From the NCBI GenBank assembly GCA_044344255.1, contig JBIJDH010000006.1, positions 235,524-299,523 on the forward strand: a stretch of 64,000 nt of DNA. The letters run 5' to 3'. This document shows, in pieces, positions 1-8,258 of the stretch; position 1 is the stretch's first letter, and the number at the start of each line of letters is the position of its first letter. Under the pieces are notes generated by a model that did no database searches, was not told the DNA's origin, and saw only the letters and a program-made list of their open reading frames with translations. The position numbers were made by a program, and so were the translations under genes. The DNA comes from Myxococcota bacterium (GTDB taxonomy: Bacteria; Myxococcota_A; UBA796; UBA2385).

Positions 1-38
1 CCCTCCCCCCTCTGTGGGGGAGGGACAGGGTGGGGGGC
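1..38. repeat. REP-like GC-rich palindrome (may extend beyond the window start)
   Basis: CCCTCCCCC-CTCTGT-GGGGGAGGG hairpin followed by ACAGGGTGGGGGG, a typical proteobacterial REP-like motif. Confidence 0.5.
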
Positions 39-73
39 GCCTCGTGGGATGGTGCCGAAAAGCACGTTGTAAA

Positions 74-107
74 GTCCATTTGTTGGACAATTTTCACGGA
101 GTGAAAA
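74..107. promoter_or_regulatory. AT-rich cas promoter region with two inverted repeats (candidate operator)
   Basis: GTCCA-N5-TGGAC (74-88) and TTTTCAC-GGA-GTGAAAA (91-107) about 150 bp upstream of cas3. Confidence 0.35.
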
Positions 108-252
108 CTGTTTCTTCCTGAAATCTTGAGCAGTACGAACCATTTGCGGGCGCCCCTCGATAACAGTGGTGACCGCGCCTCCTGGTCGGGGCCTGATCTT
201 CACCGAAGCTGCCTGGCCTCCATCCTTTCTGAGGTACACCTTGGAGAACTCG

Positions 253-2643
253 ATGATCTTCGAAGACTGGTTCAAAGCGGCCACGGGGAGTCCACCCTTC
301 CCCTACCAGGCCGCCTTGGCGACCGGGGCCTCCCTTCCCCACCAGCTCTCGGTGCCCACCGGCCTCGGCAAGACCGCGGCCGTCGCCCTCGGGTGGCTGT
401 GGCGGCGCCGCTTCGCAGGGGATCCCGCTCTGCGGGCCGCGACGCCCCGTCGCCTCGTCTATTGCCTGCCGGTGCGCAGCCTTGTCGAGCAGACCGAGCA
501 GGCGCTGCGGGGCTGGCTGCGGAACCTGGGCGTCGAAGACGTCGCGGTGCACGCGCTCATGGGCGGCCGGGTCAGCGACCCCTGGGATGAGACCCCCGCG
601 GCGGACGCGGTGCTGATCGGCACACAAGACCAGCTCCTGAGCCGCGCGCTCAACCGCGGCTATGGGATGAGCCGCTTTCGCTGGCCCGTGCACTTCGCCT
701 GGCTCCACAACGACGCCCTCTGGATCTTCGACGAGGTGCAGCTCATGGGCGTGGGCGCCTCGACCGGGGCCCAGCTTCAGGGGCTCCGGGACAAGCTCGG
801 CACCGCGCGGCCCACGCACACGATGTGGGTGACCGCGACCCCCGCTCCGGCGCGCCTCGCCACCATCGACGCGGTGTGGCCCCTGCGGGCGTTGGGGCTC
901 GGCGCGGGTGACCTCGCCCACCCGGTCGCCCTGGACCGCCTCGGGGCCCGGAAGCGCCTCTTGCGGATCGCGGCGGCGGAGCGGCTCGACCCTGCGCGCT
1001 GGCCGGCGCTGATCGCGGAGGCGGTCGTCCAGCACCGCGCGGCGGGAGAGCGCTGCCTCGTCGTGCTCAACCAGGTGGCCCGGGCCCAGGCGGTCTTCGA
1101 GCAGCTCCGCAAGCGGGGCGTGGAGGCCCGGCTCCTTCATTCTCGCTTCCGGGCCGGAGATCGGGCCCGCAGCCAGGCGGCGGCGCTCGATCCAGCCTAC
1201 CGGGGGGTGATCGTCACCACCCAGGCGATTGAGGCCGGCGTCGACCTGTCTGCCGCGACCCTCCTCACCGAGGCCTGCCCCTGGTCCTCCTTCGTCCAGC
1301 GGGTCGGGCGCTGCAACCGGTATGGCGAGCACCCGCAGGCCACCGTGGTCTGGCTCGGCCTCCCCGCCGACGACAAGGTGTGCGCGCCCTACACGGCCGA
1401 GGAGCTCGCGCTGGCGGAGGTGAAGCTGGAGGGCTTGGAGGATGTCGGGCCCTCCTCCCTCGCCCATGTGCCGATGCCGGACGGCGAGCCCGCGCTGCCG
1501 GTGCTGCGACGGAGAGACCTGCTCGGCCTCTTTGACACCGAGGCCGACCTGTCGGGCCTCGATCTCGATGTCTCCGCCTATGTGAGAGACACGGAGGACG
1601 CCGACGTCTCCGTGGCCTGGCGGGCCTTCGACCCCGAGCGGGGGCCGAGCCCGGATGACCCCGCGCCCCACCAGGATGAGCTCTGTCGGGTGCGCCTGAG
1701 CCGCTTGCGCGAGCTGCTGAAGCGGGCCACGGCCTGGCGCTGGAGCAGCCTCGAGGGCGAGTGGCTGGCGGCCGACAGCTTCCGGATCGCCCCCGGTCAG
1801 ACGCTGCTCCTCTCCTGCGCCGCGGGCGGCTACGACGCGGCGCTCGGCTTCACGGGTGAGGCCGCCCACACGCCCGCGCCGGTCGATCGGCCCGGCCGAG
1901 CGATGGACCACGACGAGGCGGACGGGGCCGATCCCCTCAGCCACCTCGGGGCCTATGTGAGCCTCCGCGTCCACAGCGAGGACACCGCGGCGGCGATGGT
2001 GCGGCTCTCGGCTGCCCTCTCCGATTCAGCCACCACGCCCTGGGCCGAGCTCTGTCGCGCCGCGCGGTGGCATGACCTCGGCAAGGCCCACCCCGTCTTT
2101 CAGGAGATGCTGACCGCCGGGCTGCCCGAGGCCGACGCGCGGCGCGCGGAGGGGCCCTGGGCGAAGTCCGACGGGGTGAGCGGCGGGCGCAGCCGGCGCC
2201 CCCACTTCCGCCATGAGCTGGCCAGCGCCATCGCCTTCCTCGCGCAGGGGGCGACAGACCTCGAGGCCTACGTGGTCGCGGCCCACCACGGCAAGGCGCG
2301 CCTGACCATCCGCAGCCGGCCTACCGAGCGCCCGGTCGCGCGGCGCGGCAAGCCCCTGCTCGGCCTCCTCGACGGGGACACCCTCCCCACCGTTGACCTC
2401 GGCGGCGGCGAGGTCAGCGCCGCGACCACGCTCAGCCTCGACCGCTTCGCGCTCGGCGGGGGGGCGGCGGCCCGGAGCTGGATGTCCCTCGGGCAGGGCC
2501 TGCTCGCCGCGCAGGGGCCCTTTCGCCTCGCCTGGGCGGAGGCCCTGCTGCGGGTCGCCGACTGGGAGGCCAGCCGCCTCCGAATGACCGGTGCGCTGGG
2601 GCCCACAGGGTCCGACCTCGATCGGGTTGGAGGTGCCAATTGA
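253..2643 (+). CDS. cas3: type I-G (I-U) CRISPR-associated helicase/nuclease Cas3 with C-terminal HD domain
   Basis: PTGLGKT Walker A, IFDEVQ, QRVGRCNR motif VI; C-terminal HD motifs WHDLGK, RHELAS, AAHHGK, RVADW; ATG at 253 with GGAG RBS. Confidence 0.93.
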   Translation: MIFEDWFKAATGSPPFPYQAALATGASLPHQLSVPTGLGKTAAVALGWLWRRRFAGDPALRAATPRRLVYCLPVRSLVEQTEQALRGWLRNLGVEDVAVHALMGGRVSDPWDETPAADAVLIGTQDQLLSRALNRGYGMSRFRWPVHFAWLHNDALWIFDEVQLMGVGASTGAQLQGLRDKLGTARPTHTMWVTATPAPARLATIDAVWPLRALGLGAGDLAHPVALDRLGARKRLLRIAAAERLDPARWPALIAEAVVQHRAAGERCLVVLNQVARAQAVFEQLRKRGVEARLLHSRFRAGDRARSQAAALDPAYRGVIVTTQAIEAGVDLSAATLLTEACPWSSFVQRVGRCNRYGEHPQATVVWLGLPADDKVCAPYTAEELALAEVKLEGLEDVGPSSLAHVPMPDGEPALPVLRRRDLLGLFDTEADLSGLDLDVSAYVRDTEDADVSVAWRAFDPERGPSPDDPAPHQDELCRVRLSRLRELLKRATAWRWSSLEGEWLAADSFRIAPGQTLLLSCAAGGYDAALGFTGEAAHTPAPVDRPGRAMDHDEADGADPLSHLGAYVSLRVHSEDTAAAMVRLSAALSDSATTPWAELCRAARWHDLGKAHPVFQEMLTAGLPEADARRAEGPWAKSDGVSGGRSRRPHFRHELASAIAFLAQGATDLEAYVVAAHHGKARLTIRSRPTERPVARRGKPLLGLLDGDTLPTVDLGGGEVSAATTLSLDRFALGGGAAARSWMSLGQGLLAAQGPFRLAWAEALLRVADWEASRLRMTGALGPTGSDLDRVGGAN

Positions 2644-3779
2644 GCCTCGTCGTCCTGAGCGGCTGCCGCCCTGAGCCCCTCGCGGGCTACCTGAAGGCCC
2701 TGGGCGCCCTGCGCCTCGTCTCCGAGCAGGTCGATCCCGCCGCCCGCGGCGCCTGGGTGGGCGGGGTCTTCCACCTGGAGTCCACCCTCACCGAGGCGGG
2801 GCTGGTCGACTTCTTCGCCCGGCGCTACGCGCCCACCCCCGTGATCACGCCCTGGAACGGCGGATCGGGCTTCTGGCCGGGTGACAACCAGTCTGGGATC
2901 TCGCCGATCCGCGTGTCGGACAGCCCTCGTTTTGAGGCCTATCGGTCCGCGATCACCGTCGCGGAGGCCCACATCCGCCGCTCCGGCCTCGAGGAGCGCC
3001 CGGACAGCAAGCAGAAGACGGCCTTCGTGAGCCGCCTCCGGGCGACCCTGTCCGACGCCGTGCTCGCCTGGCTCGACGCCGCCCTTGTCTTCAGCCGGGA
3101 GACGCTCGTCTTTCCGCCGCTGCTCGGCACCGGCGGGAATGACGGGCGGCTCGACTTCGCCAATAACTTCATGCAGCGGTTGTCCGAGGAGCTCCTCGCC
3201 CCCAATGCTACGCCAGAGGCTGCTCTCCGCGGCGCGCTCTTCGGCGGTCCGACGATGGGCCTCGGGGATGCGGCGATTGGGCAGTTTTTTCCCTCTGCGG
3301 CTGGTGGTGCAAACTGCGGGCCTGGTTTCGAAGGGTCCGTCGGCACCAACCCCTGGGATTTCATCCTCCTTGTGGAAGGAGCCGTGTGCTTCGCAGCTGC
3401 GGTCGCTCGGAAGTGGGAGAGTGGATCACACTCGGCAATGGTGTTTCCCTTCTCGGTTCGGTCGACCGCTGCAGGATTTGGCTCTGCCGCGGCTGGCGAG
3501 ACCAAGTCGAAGGATGAGCTTTGGCTGCCGATTTGGTCGGCGCCTTCGACCTGGATGGAAGTGGCAACCGTCATTCGGGAGGGCAGGAGTCGTGTGGGGC
3601 GCCGACCGAGTGTTACCGGAGCTGACTTCGCGCGGTCTCTGGCTTCGCTGGGAGTGGACCGTGGAATCGCTTCTTTCTCTCGTTTCGCGTTTCACAAGAG
3701 AAATGGCGAGTCTTACCAAGCGGTTCCCCCCCACGGGATCCGGAACCGTTACATCAGCCGGGAACGGGCGTTATTTTAA
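2640..3779 (+). pseudogene. csx17: type I-G large subunit Cas8g1/Csx17, 3'-truncated by an IS at 3732
   Basis: LAGYLKALG, TPWNGGSGF, LLGTGGNDGRLDF, NPWDFIL motifs; overlaps the cas3 stop; ORF runs into the IS terminal repeat after RNGESYQAVP, at roughly half the usual length. Confidence 0.85.
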
Positions 3780-6439
3780 CTTATCGACGAACTTGGGGCT
3801 GGTATCCTGGTCTTCGGCCCTCAGGAACGACAGCAGACCCTATCCGGCGATGGTCGGGCGGGACTATGCCTATTCGTGTGGCACTAGTTCTATAGGACAA
3901 TCCTTTCGGAGATGAGCCGCAGACACACTTCTCCGAGGCCGGGCAGTTCCAGCCTGTTGAGAGACCCCGTCGACTCAGTTGCGAGGGACGGGTGGCGGAC
4001 CGAAGGTGAAGCCCTGCCGTGGTCCCCCCAGCGTCGGCAGTCGGCTCCCCTTTCTCGCGGTCAGACAGACCGTGGCATCGGGAGGGAGGGCGTAGCGTTC
4101 CAGCTTCTGACGGCGAGTCAGGCGTGCGTGGCGGCGCTCCTCATTGGTCGCGACATGGAGCGGGTGCCGCTTCTTCTCCTCCGTCGTGGTGACCGTGATC
4201 TCCACGTATATGTTCGCGGTGGTTCGACGCCAGACCTTTCGCGCTCGGGCGAGGTTATAGAACGGCCCAGAGGCCGCGTGTGGCCCTCCGTGGATCGTGT
4301 CGTCTGGGAGGGTGACCGGCATGACTCGGCGAGTCGGACGTCTCCTGGAGCGCTTCACCGGCGGATTCGCTCTCTTCCTCTCTTCGGCCCGTTCCTTGGT
4401 CCTCTCTGTGGCGCGTTCGGAGTGGACTGCGCGGAGGAGCGGCTCTAACGCCTGCGCATCCTCGGTGGGCACAGAGATGGACTTCAGCTTGATCTGTTCC
4501 TCGTTTTCGGAGTCCAGACAGGTAGCTCGGACCGGACAGGTGGAGCAGGTGTTGGGCAGGGCGCGGAAGAGGATGTTGGCGTGCGGGCCGACTCGTATCG
4601 TGCTCGGGACCAGTCGCTGTCCGTTCGGGCATCGGAGGGCGCACTCTTCGGCCTGGAAGCTCCAGCCCGGGTGCCGAGCTTCCCACTTCGCCCATCCGAG
4701 CGTGGACAGGCCCTTGGCGAGGGCTCGCTCGGTTTCCGTCTGCGGACGGGGCGGTGCCGTTTGGATCTCTTGCGGCCTCGGCTCGGCGGCGGTGGTCTGT
4801 GGCGCATCGGGAGGGTGACCCTTCGGTTCGGACTCCGACGAGGGGAGAGGCTCCCAGCTCACGGGGCGCGGGTCCACCTCGACCACTCGCGCGATGAAGG
4901 CGGTCATGTCCTTGTCCTTTGTGTGGAGGCGGACGCCCGCGGCGACTTGGTAGTTCCATACGAACAGGCCGGCGACCGAGGCGAGCTCCTGGCCGCCGTT
5001 CTGGTAGCTGAAGATCTGGTCGAGGCCGAGCTCGCGATCCTCCTGTGCGAATCGATTCTCGATGGTGCAACGCCCGAAGTAGAGCTGAACCAACTCGGGC
5101 GCGGGCCAAGCGGCCGGCTCGAGCCCGATGGAGACGAACAGCTCGTACTTCCAGCCGTTGATCAGGCGCCCGTGGTCGGCCTTGTCGGACTTCTTGCCCT
5201 TGCTGTCTTCCGCTCTCCAGGGGACGCGGGTGACCACCACGCGAGCCGTCACGGACGGGTAGGGCGAGCCATCGGCCCGCGACGATCCGTCGGCTGGGTG
5301 CAGCGTGATTATGCCGAGGTCGAGGGCCGACCGCTTCGGTCCGGAGCGACAGTCGGGGACGAACCGCCATTGTCCGTGAGTCATCCGCTCCCGAATGTCG
5401 GGCTGTTCGAGGAGCGTGTATCGGGACAGCCTGCTCACGCAGGGGACCCCAGCCTGCTGACAGGCGAACAGATCGGGTACGTTGCCGTACTCGCCGTCCA
5501 TGCGCATGACGACGCGGTTCTTGGGGTGGTGGAGCTCCGTACACAGGAGCTCGACGGCCTGAAGTGCAGATGCGAGCTCCGCGGCCTTGTCGCCATTGCC
5601 GGGCGCGACGCGGGCGTCGAGCCAGACCCCGGCGTCGTGCTCCAGCGCCGAGCGGTGCACGACGATGTCACCGCGCTTTTGCCCGAGGTACCCTGGCTTG
5701 CCGAGCTCGAGGGCGCGCCGCCGAATGGGGTCGAGGTCCTCGCCCTCCTCCGGCGCGCGCTGCCGCAGCGCGGTGCGGGTCCCGTCGAAGCTGAGCGCGT
5801 GCCACGCTTCTCCCTGGGTATCCCGAAGCTGCGCCCACGGATGGCGCAAGACCTCGATGGCTCCACTGTGGACGAGGAGCAGGCGGTGGCAGGAGGCGCG
5901 AACCAGCTCGGGTGTCACGAGATCAAGCACCCTGGACAGAGGGGAGGTGCTCATCAGGCGCTTCCGGCCGGCCAGGGCGCCCAGCGCACGCCGAGCCTTG
6001 GACTCGCAGACCGCCTGGTAGACGTCCTTCAGACTGACGACGCCGTAGAGGAACCGCACCAGCAGAAAGATGAAGGCGTCTACCCCGTCGAATCCGCCCT
6101 GACGGACCACATGGAGCTCGACCGCCAGCACCGCGAACAGCCCTCGCTGCCGAAGGTCGGCGAGCACGCTCGCCGCGCCGGTGAGCTGGGGATGGAGCTC
6201 CGCCCGCTCCGTGCGCTTACCCTGGACATCAACCGCCGCTTCTGCCATGGTGGACCTCGCCGCTGTCGTCCCCTCCATCGGTCGGTTTCTTTCATTTGGG
6301 GCCGAACGATGGGAGCCCAGGCCGACCTCGCCCGCCGAGGCCGCTCCCGGGACGACATCGGTCTACCATGCGAGCAAAGTGGGTCGCGCCGCGCGAAAGA
6401 ATAGGGTAGAGGCGGGTATTGTTGGATCCGGATTCCGTG
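3732..6439 (-). mobile_element. insertion sequence (~2.7 kb) with imperfect 16-bp terminal inverted repeats and no target-site duplication
   Basis: CACGGGATCCGGAACC (3732-3747) vs reverse complement of 6424-6439, CACGGAATCCGGATCC (14/16 match); encloses one transposase ORF. Confidence 0.8.
3975..6278 (-). CDS. large DDE transposase (IS4/IS1380-like clan) with C-terminal Cys-rich zinc-ribbon-like region
   Basis: FDGTRT, RMDGEYG, LYFGRCTIEN (Y-x2-R-x3-E) motifs; CPNG...CSTCPVRATC; flanked by TIRs. Confidence 0.8.
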   Translation of the reverse strand: MEGTTAARSTMAEAAVDVQGKRTERAELHPQLTGAASVLADLRQRGLFAVLAVELHVVRQGGFDGVDAFIFLLVRFLYGVVSLKDVYQAVCESKARRALGALAGRKRLMSTSPLSRVLDLVTPELVRASCHRLLLVHSGAIEVLRHPWAQLRDTQGEAWHALSFDGTRTALRQRAPEEGEDLDPIRRRALELGKPGYLGQKRGDIVVHRSALEHDAGVWLDARVAPGNGDKAAELASALQAVELLCTELHHPKNRVVMRMDGEYGNVPDLFACQQAGVPCVSRLSRYTLLEQPDIRERMTHGQWRFVPDCRSGPKRSALDLGIITLHPADGSSRADGSPYPSVTARVVVTRVPWRAEDSKGKKSDKADHGRLINGWKYELFVSIGLEPAAWPAPELVQLYFGRCTIENRFAQEDRELGLDQIFSYQNGGQELASVAGLFVWNYQVAAGVRLHTKDKDMTAFIARVVEVDPRPVSWEPLPSSESEPKGHPPDAPQTTAAEPRPQEIQTAPPRPQTETERALAKGLSTLGWAKWEARHPGWSFQAEECALRCPNGQRLVPSTIRVGPHANILFRALPNTCSTCPVRATCLDSENEEQIKLKSISVPTEDAQALEPLLRAVHSERATERTKERAEERKRANPPVKRSRRRPTRRVMPVTLPDDTIHGGPHAASGPFYNLARARKVWRRTTANIYVEITVTTTEEKKRHPLHVATNEERRHARLTRRQKLERYALPPDATVCLTARKGSRLPTLGGPRQGFTFGPPPVPRN

Positions 6440-8016
6440 GTATTCCCGGCGGTAGACGCCGGGCCCCATTGAAGCACGGGCAGGTCACAGGTCTTAGCCG
6501 CGCGCTTCACTGCCCATTCCCGGCGGTAGACGCCGGGCCCCATTGAAGCGCCGTCGCTTCGTTCACCAGTCACCCCCAGCACCTACCATTCCCGGCGGTA
6601 GACGCCGGGCCCCATTGAAGCCCGGCCCGGGCCCGGTCTGCCCACTTGCCGGCCCTGCGCCCATTCCCGGCGGTAGACGCCGGGCCCCATTGAAGCAACC
6701 ACTTATCATTAAAATAAAAAAAAGTATTCACCATTCCCGGCGGTAGACGCCGGGCCCCATTGAAGCCGGTTCAGGGGACCGACGTTCACGATCTCGATCC
6801 CGATCCATTCCCGGCGGTAGACGCCGGGCCCCATTGAAGCGACGTTGGAGCGGGGCCCCGATCGTCGTAGCGCTCTGACCATTCCCGGCGGTAGACGCCG
6901 GGCCCCATTGAAGCGTCCGGTCGTAGAAGCGCCAGACGGTGACCCAGCGGTCCCCATTCCCGGCGGTAGACGCCGGGCCCCATTGAAGCAGGCCCTTCTT
7001 CTGGTCGGACCATACGGCCCGCGCCAGCCCATTCCCGGCGGTAGACGCCGGGCCCCATTGATGCCTCACGACATGTTTGTGGGTAAGCTTCGGCCTGGCG
7101 ACCCATTCCCGGCGGTAGACGCCGGGCCCCATTGAAGCGGGATGACGATTACCGTCTTCTGCATTTTCTAAATGCCCATTCCCGGCGGTAGACGCCGGGC
7201 CCCATTGAAGCGGAAAGAAAGTTTCAGAAATAGCTAGAACATTAGGAACCCATTCCCGGCGGTAGACGCCGGGCCCCATTGAAGCGCGGCGATGCGGTCG
7301 ACCAGGAGCGACTCCACCTGGGCCCATTCCCGGCGGTAGACGCCGGGCCCCATTGAAGCGCCGGGCAGGTCTTGACCATCACTGGGCTCGGCGAGCCCAT
7401 TCCCGGCGGTAGACGCCGGGCCCCATTGAAGCATCGCATCGAACAGCCCCTTGACCGCCTTCTCCGCGTGCCCAATTCCCGGCGGTAGACGCCGGGCCCC
7501 ATTGAAGCAAGGGGCAACGGAAGGTGCGCCCTGAGAATCTCGCGGCTCCCATTCCCGGCGGTAGACGCCGGGCCCCATTGAAGCTATCGCTCTATCACTC
7601 TATCGCTTGCGGCCCCCCATTCCCGGCGGTAGACGCCGGGCCCCATTGAAGCTGCGGGGCCCTCGCCGGGCTTCTCATCCGGTACGGGCTCCCCATTTTC
7701 GGCGGTAGACGCCGGGCCCCATTGAAGCAAGGCCCGCGCCGCTCGGATGTCGGTGAATCGCCCGACCCATTCCCGGCGGTAGACGCCGGGCCCCATTGAA
7801 GCCGGGGGCCGCCCTTCCCTCCGGGGACGGTCCAGTGGTGCTCATTCCCGGCGGTAGACGCCGGGCCCCATTGAAGCTCCCGGATCATCAACCCCTTCGG
7901 CAGCTCGCCGACGGTGCCCATTCCCGGCGGTAGACGCCGTGCCCCATTGAAGCGTGAGATCCTCCGGAGACAGCGCCGCGATCATGCGGCACCCCATTCC
8001 CGGCGGTAGACGCCGG
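6440..8016 (+). CRISPR. CRISPR array: 21 full 36-bp repeats plus one truncated repeat, 21 spacers of 32-40 bp
   Basis: Consensus CCATTCCCGGCGGTAGACGCCGGGCCCCATTGAAGC with a CCCGGCG/CGCCGGG stem; ATTGAAGC 3' end and variants enriched distally (repeats 15, 18, 20, 21) indicate + orientation. Confidence 0.98.
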
Positions 8017-8258
8017 AGGGTTATCGGATGAAGGTTCATTCAGATATTGATAGACCCTCTCGATGGGGTATCGGTACTGATCGAAATATTCGTATCAAGG
8101 AAACAGGTTGGACAACAGAAGACCGCTTGATTCTTGCGGTCAATCTGCGACGATTTCAGAGTCGAATTGACAGCCTGTGACGAGGATCAGCCCGCCAGAG
8201 AGGCGTGTCTGAGCCTCCCGACCCTGTCGTCGAGGTCCCGGAGTCCCCCTTGTAGCGG

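Noticed and set aside
6476..7993. Self-targeting spacers or duplicated spacers within the window
   Set aside because: None noticed by eye; a computational search is needed to exclude them
6080..8039. Many short ORFs with repeated MGPGVYRRE / LQWGPASTAGN peptides
   Set aside because: These are translations of CRISPR repeats
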